Origin: Spirochaetia bacterium
Lineage (GTDB): Bacteria; Spirochaetota; Spirochaetia; DSM-2461
Length of the DNA stretch: 64,000 nt
Direction of reading: 5' to 3'
Assembly (NCBI GenBank): GCA_963668315.1
Contig: OY764216.1
Location: forward strand, 2,016,001-2,080,000
The position numbers were made by a program, and so were the translations under genes. Of the stretch, positions 18,585 to 28,201 are shown piece after piece. The stretch's first letter is position 1, and each line of letters opens with the position of its first letter. The notes under the pieces were generated by a model. That model searched no databases, had not been told where the DNA came from, and saw only the letters and a program-made list of their open reading frames with translations.

Positions 18585-19184
18585 TTGACAAAGAAAACAG
18601 GATTATTCGTACCTGCAGCGGTTCTGCTGATTCTGCTGGCTTCCTGCGGCAGCCAGGGAGAAAAAAATCCCGGTAGGAAGGGGCCGGAGGAGAAGGGGAC
18701 ACTCTCGGCAGAAGAAAATCCCGCTGTCACTCTGCTGAGAAAACTGGAAGATTTTCTGCGCTTCGAGGATGTCCTTCCCCAGATGGCCCTGAGTGAAGAG
18801 CAGAAAGGATCCTTGATGCCTCTGCTTGAAGAGTGGAAGAATTGGGAATCGGAGGGAAAGGAGTACGATCAGGAACTGATCATAAATGAAATAACCGCTC
18901 TGCTCACAGAGGGGCAGAAAAGTTATGATCCCGTCCCTGAAGAGAATTCTTTTCCCGGTCAGGACAGCCGTCCCGGTCCCCCCGATTCGGGAAGTCCCGG
19001 GGAGAGGCCGTCGGGACCGCCTCCTGGCGGAAATCCTCCCGGAGGAAACCCGCCGGGGGAAAAAGGGAAAGATGGACGGAATGAAGACGGCCGCAGCAGC
19101 CTTGTTTTTCAAATCGATAAACTGCTGCGCCTTCTGGGGGGAGAAGAGGCTTTGCCTCCCCCTCCGCCTGAATCGGATTCCTAA
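18585..19184 (+). CDS. Lipoprotein with LTxxQ-like motifs and Pro/Gly-rich tail (CpxP/Spy-like?)
   Basis: Lipobox LLASC; LSEEQ and LTEGQ motifs; PPGGNPPGGNPPG repeat. Confidence 0.6.
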   Translation: MTKKTGLFVPAAVLLILLASCGSQGEKNPGRKGPEEKGTLSAEENPAVTLLRKLEDFLRFEDVLPQMALSEEQKGSLMPLLEEWKNWESEGKEYDQELIINEITALLTEGQKSYDPVPEENSFPGQDSRPGPPDSGSPGERPSGPPPGGNPPGGNPPGEKGKDGRNEDGRSSLVFQIDKLLRLLGGEEALPPPPPESDS

Positions 19185-19408
19185 AGCAGTTCGGCAATTT
19201 TCTCCGGGGTGGATGCCTGGCCGGTAAGAACCACCTTCTCATCGATGACCAGAGCCGGCGTGGAGAGTACATTGTACTTCATGATAGAGGGAAGGGATTC
19301 CACTTTTGTAACCGTGGCGTCCACTCCCTTGCTCTCCACCGCCTGGACGGCATTTTCGTATAGCTTCTTGCATTTGGGACATCCCATTCCCAGTACTTTT
19401 ATTTCCAT
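19181..19408 (-). CDS. Small thioredoxin-like redox protein (MTH895 type)
   Basis: IKVLGMGCPKC and TPALVIDEKV motifs; in the ars cluster. Confidence 0.9.
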   Translation of the reverse strand: MEIKVLGMGCPKCKKLYENAVQAVESKGVDATVTKVESLPSIMKYNVLSTPALVIDEKVVLTGQASTPEKIAELL

Positions 19409-19469
19409 AATCTATCTCCTTGTGCTTATTTGCCGGAAAGAAAGACCTTCCCCCGGCTACTATCTGCGC

Positions 19470-19898
19470 TTATTTCAATCCTTCCGGAAAAGTTTCTATG
19501 AATGTTTTTATTTCATCTCTTACATTCCGGTAGGGAACCATTTTTTCCTCTTCATCCTCAATCTCCCGGGCGAGGAAGGGAGGGTCGGGAAAGCTGTGGT
19601 GAATCACGTGGGTTTTGCCGGGGAAAAGAGGACAGCTCTCCCGGGCGTTGTCGCATACGGTTATGACATGGTCAAAGGCCAGGTCCATTTTATCGGAGAG
19701 AAGTTCCGATTTATGGCCCGAAATGTCTATGCCGATTTCCCCCATGGCCCTAACCGCGTAAGGATTAAGGCCGTGGGTCTCAATCCCGGCCGAATGAACT
19801 TCGTACAGGTCTCCCTTAAGCTCTCTTGCCAGACCTTCAGCCATCTGGCTGCGGCAGGAATTACCGGTGCAGAGAAAAAGAATCCTCTCTTTTTTCAT
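19470..19898 (-). CDS. arsC: Thioredoxin-coupled arsenate reductase (LMW-PTP fold)
   Basis: CTGNSCRSQMAEG P-loop, VITVCDNARESCP, DP. Confidence 0.92.
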   Translation of the reverse strand: MKKERILFLCTGNSCRSQMAEGLARELKGDLYEVHSAGIETHGLNPYAVRAMGEIGIDISGHKSELLSDKMDLAFDHVITVCDNARESCPLFPGKTHVIHHSFPDPPFLAREIEDEEEKMVPYRNVRDEIKTFIETFPEGLK

Positions 19899-19948
19899 TT
19901 ATTGTCTCCTTTTTCAGCCGAAAGGGCTGTCTTTTTGCTTTTCCCGTT

Positions 19949-20935
19949 TTACAGGAACGCGGCATTAAAAATCCAACCCGCCAGAGTGAAGAACACCAGC
20001 AGCATCAGAAAAAATATGATAAGAAGCCTGGGCTTCATTACCTGCTTCAGCATCATGAATTCGGGAAAACTGGCGGCGACTACGCTCATCATAAAGGACA
20101 TTGCCGTTCCTATGGGCAGTCCCTGGGCCAGTAGCGTCTCTATGACGGGTATGATACCGCTGGCCCCCGAGTAGAGGGGAATCCCCAGGAATACGGCAGC
20201 CGGCACACTCCACCACTGTCCGTCTCCCAGGTATTCCAGAATCAGGCCGTCCGGAACAAATCCGTGCAGCAGGGCTCCCAGACCGACGCCGATGAGCACC
20301 CATTTCCAGATACGCCCGAAAATCTCCTTGACTTCGCCTGCGGCAAAATCCCGCCTGTCCCGAAAGGAGAGAACGGTTTTTTCTGCCGAACCTCCCGATA
20401 CGGCTCCTCCCCGGCCCATGGCCATGGCCTGGCTTCCTATCTGTGTCAGGTATTTTTCCGCTCCGATCCTGTCAATGAAATACCCTCCTATCATACCGGC
20501 TAGAAGACCGGTGGCCACGTAGATGAGAGTGAACTTCACCCCCAGAAGAGAGCCGAGGAGAACCAGAGCCACTTCGTTGATCATGGGGGACGTTATCAGG
20601 AAGGCCATGGTAATTCCCAGGGGGATCCGGGCCGATGTAAACCCCAGAAAGAGGGGAATGCTTGAGCAGGAGCAGAAGGGAGTTATCGCTCCGAAGAGGG
20701 TCGCCAGAAAATAAGCCGCCCCCCGCTTCTTGCCGGAGAGAAAATCCCGTATCCGCTCCGTGTTCAGTCCTGCCCTCACCAGGGCTATGAGATAGATCAT
20801 AACGACGACGAGGACATAGATCTTTGAGACGTCCTCAATAAAAAAGTGAATGGCATCGGCCGCTTTTGTTTCTTCGGGAAGGGAAAAAACACGGTAGGTG
20901 ATAAGATCGGCCAGCAGGGTAAAAATTTTAAACAA
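19949..20935 (-). CDS. arsP: ArsP/DUF318-family permease
   Basis: TPFCSCSSIPLF motif, about 8 TM segments; between arsR and arsC. Confidence 0.8.
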   Translation of the reverse strand: MFKIFTLLADLITYRVFSLPEETKAADAIHFFIEDVSKIYVLVVVMIYLIALVRAGLNTERIRDFLSGKKRGAAYFLATLFGAITPFCSCSSIPLFLGFTSARIPLGITMAFLITSPMINEVALVLLGSLLGVKFTLIYVATGLLAGMIGGYFIDRIGAEKYLTQIGSQAMAMGRGGAVSGGSAEKTVLSFRDRRDFAAGEVKEIFGRIWKWVLIGVGLGALLHGFVPDGLILEYLGDGQWWSVPAAVFLGIPLYSGASGIIPVIETLLAQGLPIGTAMSFMMSVVAASFPEFMMLKQVMKPRLLIIFFLMLLVFFTLAGWIFNAAFL

Positions 20936-21236
20936 GGCAGCACTCCTCCTTTTCCAGACTGTCTATGCAAGTGAGAAACCGCTCCAGACAGGTAAAGCGA
21001 AGAGAATAGTAGATATTCCGTCCATCCCGCTTATCCGAGACGATTCCCGCCTTTTTCAGCCGTTCCAGATGGCGGGAAAGGGTGGAGATGTTTATACCCA
21101 TTTTCTCCTGTATCTCGCAGACGCACAGGGGGGATTTCTCCGAGAGAATATGGGTTATCCGCATCCTTTCCGGATGGGCCAGCGCTTTGAGAAGAGCCGC
21201 CCTCTTCGTAAAAATGTCATTATCCTGATCGCTCAT
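20928..21236 (-). CDS. arsR: ArsR-family repressor
   Basis: ALAHPERMRI, LCVCEI, STLSRHL; additional C-terminal Cys including a CC pair. Confidence 0.9.
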   Translation of the reverse strand: MSDQDNDIFTKRAALLKALAHPERMRITHILSEKSPLCVCEIQEKMGINISTLSRHLERLKKAGIVSDKRDGRNIYYSLRFTCLERFLTCIDSLEKEECCLV

Positions 21237-21242
21237 GGGGCA

Positions 21243-21272
21243 AGGATAAAATATATTTTACAAAAGTGTCAA
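21243..21272 (-). promoter_or_regulatory. ars operon promoter (leaderless geometry)
   Basis: TTGACA(21272-21267)-18 nt-TATCCT(21248-21243)-6 nt-ATG. An imperfect palindrome TTTTACA-AAAG-TGTCAA overlaps the -35. Confidence 0.65.
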
Positions 21273-22093
21273 CTATTGGTTTGTTTGATATTTGTTAAAA
21301 GTGTAAAATATCGGGACGCTTCCCGCTCCAGCGTGTCCAGGCTCCGCCTTATCCCGTCTCCGGAGGGAATTTCCAGGGCCACCGTGCTGCCCGGACAGAA
21401 CTCTTTCCTGAGGGCATATATTTCTCCCCAGTCAATACTTCCGCTTCCCAGGGGGGCGTGGGCGTCTCTGTCCCCGGAATTGTCGTGCCAGTGGTTGTGA
21501 ATTGTTCTGCCTGCGAAGGTGCCGTACCATTCCGAATAGGGAATCTGACCGAAGGCCGACATATGCCCCGCATCCATGCAGAAGCCCAGGCGGGGATCAT
21601 CTATGGCCTCGGCAATCATTCCCAGAAATGTTGTATTCCGGTCATGGATATTTTCCAGGGCGACGGGAGGGGCGAAGCGGGACAGAATTTTCTGAAGAAA
21701 AGGGACGAAGTCATCGCGCATTCTCTTCAGCTCATCGGGGCTGTCGTTATTTTCGTCATAGGCTGAGTGTATTACCACCGTGGAGCAGGCAAGCTCTTCC
21801 GCCGTCTCCATTCCCCTGAGCAGCCGTTCCCGGGAGAGACGGCGCAGCTCTCCATCCCGGGAGTGGGGCACAATGCGGCGGAAGGGGGCATGAAACGTCC
21901 TTTTCAGAGACAGGGGGAGCACCGTTTCTTTCATGTAAGCCAGTCGGCGCTTATATTCATCCCGGTCATCCAGGATATCATTACGGCAGAAATCTCCGAA
22001 TTCAATTCCCAGGCCGTACTCCTCAGCCAGTTCCAGATATTCGTCCAGTATCTCAAGATGGGCACGCATCATTATGTTTCTGTAGTCGACCAT
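21269..22093 (-). CDS. Sugar phosphate isomerase/epimerase (AP endonuclease 2 TIM barrel)
   Basis: HAPF, VALEN, CMDAGH, HWHDN..DAH..LGSG, LE motifs. Confidence 0.85.
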   Translation of the reverse strand: MVDYRNIMMRAHLEILDEYLELAEEYGLGIEFGDFCRNDILDDRDEYKRRLAYMKETVLPLSLKRTFHAPFRRIVPHSRDGELRRLSRERLLRGMETAEELACSTVVIHSAYDENNDSPDELKRMRDDFVPFLQKILSRFAPPVALENIHDRNTTFLGMIAEAIDDPRLGFCMDAGHMSAFGQIPYSEWYGTFAGRTIHNHWHDNSGDRDAHAPLGSGSIDWGEIYALRKEFCPGSTVALEIPSGDGIRRSLDTLEREASRYFTLLTNIKQTNS

Positions 22094-22232
22094 AGGTTCA
22101 TGGTAGAGAAAAGAGGGGAGAAGGGAAAGCCATAATGACAGTATTTTCCTTTTTCCTATGCGGGCTGATTATCCGGAAATGCTCATCCGGAGATAATTCC
22201 TTCCCATCCTAATTGGGAAACTCAAGTCTCTT

Positions 22233-24305
22233 TCACTTTTTATTTTCAGCAGCCAGAATAAATGAAGCATAGGCATCCATTTTCCAGAGACAGCTTTCCT
22301 TTCCTGTTTCTACATCGGTCCATGACTCTTTTAATTTTACGGAAGCAGGTTTCGTACTCCAGTTCATAAGAAACATATAATCTTTGTCATGAGAGGTTCT
22401 CATCTGAATATTAACATTTCCGTTACAATCCAAAACATTACTGTTCCTATCATTGATTTTCCATTCTTGGATATGGGAACTGTAGAATTGACTGAGCGAT
22501 TCTACACTGAAACGTCCCGCTAAGTGATAGGCAATACCTGTTCCGAAGCGGTTGCAGCTGATACTAGGCCAATCATCATGAGGATAGCCCTTAAAATGAT
22601 TTAAGCATTCCGCAGTTTCCATAAAGATATGTTCAACATAGTCTTGCGTATCCTCTTTTGATGTCAAGCCGGAAGAAATCGGTTCGTAGGGAGAAAGTGT
22701 ATCAATATCTTCCACTCGAATTCCCAGCACATTGCTGAGAGGTCCAGGCGATCCTCCTTCATGACAGAGATCCGATTCATCGGTATAACCGGTCAGATAT
22801 GTCGTGATCAGAATCCCCCCGCTACGGACAAAAGCTTCCAGTTTTATGGCTGTCTGACGAGATATCATGTAGAGCATAGGTGCCACTATTATTTTGTAGG
22901 GAAAGCTGTCTTCCCCGCCGGAAATCACATCCATGGGGAGCCCCTGATCCCAGAGGCAGAAATAGTGCTTTCTCACCGCTTCCAGATAGCCTTTTCCCGG
23001 ACTGTTGAGAGGTCCCTGGCTGTCTTCCAATGCCCATCTGTTCTCCCAGTTATAGAGAAGGGCCACCTCGGCTCCATACTTTGATCCGGCCACTTCCCGA
23101 GCCTTTTTGAGAAGAGCTCCGAGACGGGCTGCCTCTTTAAATACTGCCGTATCGTCACGTCCGCTCTGATCTACGACAGCACCGTGGAATTTTTCAAAAC
23201 TGCCTCTACTTTGCCTCCACTGGAAATACTGCACAGAATCAGCGCCATGGGCTACAGCTTGAAGGCTTGACAGAATATTCATACCCGGTCTTTTGTTTAT
23301 GGATCGGGGTTTCCAGTTGACTTTGGAGGGAGTACTTTCCATAAGAAGAAAGGGTTTTCCGTGAAGACTCCTGAAAAAATCGTGCTGGAATGCCACTTCA
23401 GAGGCCCGTCTGTAATCATTAGCTTCGGGGCCAACCTTTTCTTCGAAGTCATAAGCCTTGTATCCCGGTGAATGCCAGGCAGGGTAAGAGTCCCACGAAG
23501 CGATATCCTGAACATCGCGAAATTTCCAGTAATCCAACCCAGGATCATTGGCTGGTGTCTCTACAGCGGCCATCATATTGGTACTTACAGGCAGATCTGA
23601 ACCGCCATCGCGTATTGCTCTGACTTCCTGCTTCATAAAATCCACTGTCATATCCGTCGTGAAACGCTTCCAATCCAAGTTTAATCCGTGAACAGTCATT
23701 TCGCCGTGCGGTACAGGAGAATGGATTTCGCTCCAGTCGGAAAGGGTGTGGGACCAGAAGCTGTTCCACCAGGCTCTATTGAGGCTATCGATGGTGTTGT
23801 AACGCTTTTTGAGCCAGGTACGGAAATTCTCCTGACAGAGTTCGCAGTGGCAGTCTCCGGAATATTCATTTGAGACATGCCAAAGAATCACTGCGGGATG
23901 CTTCCCGTATCTCTCTGCTAATTTTCTGTTAATAATGGCTGTCTTTTCACGGTATATAGGAGAAGAAAAACAATGATTATGCCGTTCTCCGAAAAGATTC
24001 CGCTGTCCTGAAGAGTTGACACGAAGAACTTCCGGATATTTCCTGGCCATCCATACAGGGCGAGCACCTGACGGGGTGGCCAGGAATATCTTTATCCCGG
24101 CCCCGTGGAGACTTTCTATGACTTTGTCCAGCCATTCAAAGCAGAATACTCCTTCCTCCGGTTCCAGTGTGCTCCAGGCGAAGATTCCCAAAGAGACAAC
24201 AGTAATCCCCGCCTTTTTCATTAGTTCTATATCCTCTGAGAGGATATCCGGTCTGTCTTGCCACTGGTCGGGATTGTAATCCCCGCCATAAAGAATTTCT
24301 TTCAT
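22233..24305 (-). CDS. Beta-galactosidase, GH42
   Basis: YGGDYNPDQW, WHVSNEY (acid/base), LLMESTP (nucleophile), EKFHGA. Start at MKEILY with TAATG overlap. Confidence 0.95.
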   Translation of the reverse strand: MKEILYGGDYNPDQWQDRPDILSEDIELMKKAGITVVSLGIFAWSTLEPEEGVFCFEWLDKVIESLHGAGIKIFLATPSGARPVWMARKYPEVLRVNSSGQRNLFGERHNHCFSSPIYREKTAIINRKLAERYGKHPAVILWHVSNEYSGDCHCELCQENFRTWLKKRYNTIDSLNRAWWNSFWSHTLSDWSEIHSPVPHGEMTVHGLNLDWKRFTTDMTVDFMKQEVRAIRDGGSDLPVSTNMMAAVETPANDPGLDYWKFRDVQDIASWDSYPAWHSPGYKAYDFEEKVGPEANDYRRASEVAFQHDFFRSLHGKPFLLMESTPSKVNWKPRSINKRPGMNILSSLQAVAHGADSVQYFQWRQSRGSFEKFHGAVVDQSGRDDTAVFKEAARLGALLKKAREVAGSKYGAEVALLYNWENRWALEDSQGPLNSPGKGYLEAVRKHYFCLWDQGLPMDVISGGEDSFPYKIIVAPMLYMISRQTAIKLEAFVRSGGILITTYLTGYTDESDLCHEGGSPGPLSNVLGIRVEDIDTLSPYEPISSGLTSKEDTQDYVEHIFMETAECLNHFKGYPHDDWPSISCNRFGTGIAYHLAGRFSVESLSQFYSSHIQEWKINDRNSNVLDCNGNVNIQMRTSHDKDYMFLMNWSTKPASVKLKESWTDVETGKESCLWKMDAYASFILAAENKK

Positions 24306-25129
24306 TATTTGACAGATCCCGTAAGGCCCTGGACAAACTGTCTCTGCATAGCCAGAAAGAGTACGAGAATCGGAAAAGTGGAGATACAAACTAATATCAT
24401 CAGTCCGCCATACTCAATGGTATAGGCGCGCATAACCGAAAACATGGCAATGGGAAGAGTTTTCATCTTATCTGTCAGAATTATCATAAGGGGCCAGAGA
24501 TAGCTGTTCCACTGGGTCAGAAACATGTAGATGCTGGCTGACGCGAATGTGGCTTTCATGGTGGGAATGGCTATGGAAACAAAAATCCGTAATTCTGTTG
24601 CTCCGTCTACCCTGGCTGCTTCCATTATCTCTGTGGGGAACATTTTGAAGTTCTGCCTTAGGAAGAAAATGATAAAGACCGACATGACTGAGGGAAGGAT
24701 AATAGCCGCATGAGTATTGAGTAGTTTCATGAAAGAAATTTCTTTAAACAGGGGGATGACTATAGCCATTTGGGGAATAATCAGAGTTAGCAGCAGAACT
24801 CCGAAGACCCTGTCACGGGCTTTAGAAGGGTATTTTTCGAAGCCGAATGCGGCCAGACTGTTTACGCCGATTCCCAGGATTACGGTGATAAAGGCAATCT
24901 TCATTGAGTTGAGAAAGAAGGCTACCGTCTCGTAGGTCGTGCTTATTTTTTCCCAGTTTAAGAGAAATTCATTCCCCGGGATCAGTTTTCCTGCCACCAC
25001 ATCATTGGGGTTCTGGGTCATGCCTATGACCATCCAGATAAAGGGGAAGACGGAGAAGACCGCTCCGATCACGAAAAGCACCAGCAGGAAGAACCAGCCG
25101 GGAGTCATTTTTTTACGTACCATACCCAT
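24305..25129 (-). CDS. Carbohydrate ABC transporter permease
   Basis: EAARVDGA EAA loop; QWNSYLWP. Confidence 0.93.
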   Translation of the reverse strand: MGMVRKKMTPGWFFLLVLFVIGAVFSVFPFIWMVIGMTQNPNDVVAGKLIPGNEFLLNWEKISTTYETVAFFLNSMKIAFITVILGIGVNSLAAFGFEKYPSKARDRVFGVLLLTLIIPQMAIVIPLFKEISFMKLLNTHAAIILPSVMSVFIIFFLRQNFKMFPTEIMEAARVDGATELRIFVSIAIPTMKATFASASIYMFLTQWNSYLWPLMIILTDKMKTLPIAMFSVMRAYTIEYGGLMILVCISTFPILVLFLAMQRQFVQGLTGSVK

Positions 25130-26019
25130 CAGTTTTTCTCCTTAAGTACTTTGATCTGGATAAACGCCAGCACGGCTGCGATAATAACCATGACATAGGA
25201 GAGGGCCGAAGCGTAACCAAAATCAGAATTGAGAACGAAGGCCTGCCGATAAATATATAGTGCCGCAGTCATGGTTGCATTTGCGGGGCCCCCTTCCCAG
25301 GTAAGTACGTTGGGTTCGTCAAAGAGCTGCATGGTTCCGCTAGTGGAAGTTACGAGGGAGAACAGGATAACCGGTGTGAGCAGGGGAAGAGTTATGGTAA
25401 AAAACTGCCGGATCTGGGACGCTCCGTCCACTTCAGCAGCTTCATAGATTTCCTTATTGATATTTTGGAGTCCCACCAGAAAAAATACCATATTGTACCC
25501 AGTCCATCGCCAGGTGAGGGCCAGAATAATGGTAACTTTTGCCCAGAAGGGATCATTAAGCCAACCTATAGGTTCGGTGATCAGTTTCAGGGACATGAGA
25601 AAGTTATTGAGTAGACCGTTTGACTGCAGCAGAATACGGAAAAGTATGGAATAGGCAACGAGAGAAGTAACGACGGGTAGAAAATAGATTGTTCTGAAAA
25701 TCCCCCTAAATCTCCTTATCCCCTGATGCAGGATAACGGCGATAACCATTGCCAGAAAAACCATTAGGGGAATCTGGATGGCCATAAAAAGAAAGTTATG
25801 CCCCAGGGCTTTCCAGAAGACCTGGTCATGGGCCATGCGGACGAAGTTTCCCAGACCGACGAATTCACGACTCATTCCCCTCCACTTCTGGGTGACGAGA
25901 AAAAGAGACGACCCTATGGGATAGAGCATGAAAACCAGGTAGAACATTAAAGCCGGGGCGATAAAACCCCATCCTGTTCTGTTGAGATATCGGTGGTAGC
26001 GATTGTGTATTTGCTTCAT
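25129..26019 (-). CDS. Carbohydrate ABC transporter permease
   Basis: YEAAEVDGAS EAA loop; WRWTGYNM. Confidence 0.93.
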   Translation of the reverse strand: MKQIHNRYHRYLNRTGWGFIAPALMFYLVFMLYPIGSSLFLVTQKWRGMSREFVGLGNFVRMAHDQVFWKALGHNFLFMAIQIPLMVFLAMVIAVILHQGIRRFRGIFRTIYFLPVVTSLVAYSILFRILLQSNGLLNNFLMSLKLITEPIGWLNDPFWAKVTIILALTWRWTGYNMVFFLVGLQNINKEIYEAAEVDGASQIRQFFTITLPLLTPVILFSLVTSTSGTMQLFDEPNVLTWEGGPANATMTAALYIYRQAFVLNSDFGYASALSYVMVIIAAVLAFIQIKVLKEKN

Positions 26020-26072
26020 AAAAAGGATCCTCAAACCCCCTCCCTGAGGAAGGGGGGGTGTTGTGAATTGTT

Positions 26073-27377
26073 TTAATTTCCTGTGGTCTGCTTGTACTCG
26101 GCGGAAGCTGCTTCGATTACACCATCGACTGTGTTGATGTTACCGGAAAGCATAGACTGTATGGCATTGTTAAGAGCTGTTCTCATTGCCGTATAATTGG
26201 GGGTGTAGTACATAACGGGTACTTTTTCCATCCAGGCTGCAAAATCTTTGTATACGGGCTGGTTCTTGTAGAAATACTCGTCATTAGCCGTGTAGTTTGA
26301 ACCGGAACGGCTCGGCAGGAATGTTCCCATGGCTCCGGCGCCCTTGAGAATATCATTGTAGAATCCGAGAGCTTCGGGTGTTGTCCCGGCCCAGGTGCTC
26401 TTCAAAAAGTCAACGGCAAGAGCCTTGTTCTTCGTCGCATTCAGGATGTACCAGGAGGAACCGCCGTTATTACTGGCATTCTGTGCGTTAGCCACACCTT
26501 CAACGGTAGGAGTGGGGATAACCATCCATTTCCCTGCGTTCTCCGGTTTTGATTTAAGTGTTCCGATTATCCACAGGGCATTCATAAGTCCGGCGCTCTG
26601 GTCGTTGTTGAATGCAGCTACCCAGTTGTTCCAACCTTCGGCCATGAAGAGAATACCTTTATCATTCATCTCCTTTATATATTCAAGAGATTTCCGTACG
26701 GCGGGAGTATCGTAATTAACATTACCGCTTCCGTCGAAGAACTGCGTTCCTGTAGACTGAACCATGATACGCAGAAAGTCGAAGCTCGTATTGTCGTAGG
26801 CGATAAGGGGCATACCTGTTTTGGCTTTAACCTGTTCACCTAGGGAAATAACCTCGCTCCAGGTCAGGCTTTTCTGGTAATCATCGGGATTGAGGCCGGC
26901 ACTTTTAAGCATATCTGTTCTCAAAAAGAGGCCAGTAGAACCGGTATCAAAAGGAATGCCGTAGATTTTATTACCATCGGTCATGGGGGCTACCTTATAT
27001 TGGGCAAATTGACTGAAATCAACGCCCTCTGCCTTCAGATCGACAAAAGATCCAGGGTAATTCTGGATGAATTTTTCAATGATGAAGTCCTGAAAAAGAG
27101 CTATATCAGGAAGACCAGCACCCCCGGCCTGGAGACCCGCTTCGATCTTACCTTCGATATTATCGGGAATATCGACAATTTCGATTTCCACATCCGGATG
27201 GGTCGCTTTATAGACTTCTGCGGCTTTGTTCATGGAATAGCCATTGAAATTGGGGTCCCAGCACCATATTGTCAATTTCTGACTGCTGGAGGCTTTGGCA
27301 TCTTTGCTGCAACCCATGAAAGTTACTGATGTAACAATCAGCAGGGCAGTGAGACATAGGATTAAACCTTTTTTCAT
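26073..27377 (-). CDS. Carbohydrate ABC transporter substrate-binding lipoprotein (lactose/galactoside type)
   Basis: Lipobox FMGC; WCWDPNFN and NGGSSW motifs; adjacent permeases and GH42. Confidence 0.9.
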   Translation of the reverse strand: MKKGLILCLTALLIVTSVTFMGCSKDAKASSSQKLTIWCWDPNFNGYSMNKAAEVYKATHPDVEIEIVDIPDNIEGKIEAGLQAGGAGLPDIALFQDFIIEKFIQNYPGSFVDLKAEGVDFSQFAQYKVAPMTDGNKIYGIPFDTGSTGLFLRTDMLKSAGLNPDDYQKSLTWSEVISLGEQVKAKTGMPLIAYDNTSFDFLRIMVQSTGTQFFDGSGNVNYDTPAVRKSLEYIKEMNDKGILFMAEGWNNWVAAFNNDQSAGLMNALWIIGTLKSKPENAGKWMVIPTPTVEGVANAQNASNNGGSSWYILNATKNKALAVDFLKSTWAGTTPEALGFYNDILKGAGAMGTFLPSRSGSNYTANDEYFYKNQPVYKDFAAWMEKVPVMYYTPNYTAMRTALNNAIQSMLSGNINTVDGVIEAASAEYKQTTGN

Positions 27378-27448
27378 AAAAAATCTCCTTCGAATCTTGT
27401 GAAAGTCTTATTATTATGATGCCTTTGATTTCAGGAGTATACTTACAG

Positions 27449-27496
27449 ATGTCACATTTTGACTGTTTAAACCGGTACAAATGTCACAGTTTCACT
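27449..27496. promoter_or_regulatory. Direct-repeat operator candidate upstream of the sugar ABC operon
   Basis: ATGTCACATTTTGACT (27449) and ATGTCACAGTTTCACT (27481): 14/16 identical, 32-bp spacing. Confidence 0.55.
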
Positions 27497-27532
27497 TATT
27501 TTGGCTCCTATAAAGCAAAAATTTTGAAACTA

Positions 27533-28201
27533 CTACGAATGATAATGAATCTTGTTGGCCAGCTGAATTATCTGGAACCGGTTATCAATATTTAGTTTGG
27601 TGTAAATCATGCTGACATGGTTTCGCACTGTTCTCTCGGAGATACAGAGTTCTTCGGCTATCTGATCATTATCGCAGCCCGTTGCAATGAGGGTGAAGAT
27701 CTCTTTTTCACGTTTGGTAAGCTTTTCAATCCACTCCATCTGTTCGCTCAGCTTACTGTACTGCTCCCGATCCTCCTCATGAAGCCCCTTAATCAGTTTA
27801 TTCACTAATACAGGGGATATTTGTGTTATTCCGGAATTGACAGCACGGATACTGGCTATGAGCTCTGTCGGGGAGAGATCCTTGAGAAGATAGCCCGACG
27901 CACCATAACTCAATGCTTGACGGACGTACTCATCCTCGTCGTAGGTAGAAAGCATGATTATTTTGAGAGACGGATCTCTGGACAGTAATTCTCTTGTGGC
28001 ATCCACTCCATTCATAACCGGCATATGGACATCCATGAGAAAAAACTCAGGGTTCAGTTCTCTCCATAGAATCAATGATTCCCTGCCGTCACAGGCAATT
28101 CCCACGACTTCGATATCGTCGGCATAATTGTGAATGAAAGTTCTTAGACTTTCGGCAAAGAGATTCTGATCATCTACAATCAGTACTTTTATTTTACTCA
28201 T
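27533..28201 (-). CDS. NarL/LuxR-family response regulator
   Basis: VDDQ, MDVHMP, GYLLKD; C-terminal LTKREKEI...TVRNHVSMIYTKL HTH. Confidence 0.93.
   Translation of the reverse strand: MSKIKVLIVDDQNLFAESLRTFIHNYADDIEVVGIACDGRESLILWRELNPEFFLMDVHMPVMNGVDATRELLSRDPSLKIIMLSTYDEDEYVRQALSYGASGYLLKDLSPTELIASIRAVNSGITQISPVLVNKLIKGLHEEDREQYSKLSEQMEWIEKLTKREKEIFTLIATGCDNDQIAEELCISERTVRNHVSMIYTKLNIDNRFQIIQLANKIHYHS

Noticed and set aside
18960..19060. Short tandem repeats
   Set aside because: They encode the PPGGN protein repeat; there is no repeat-spacer structure, so not CRISPR.
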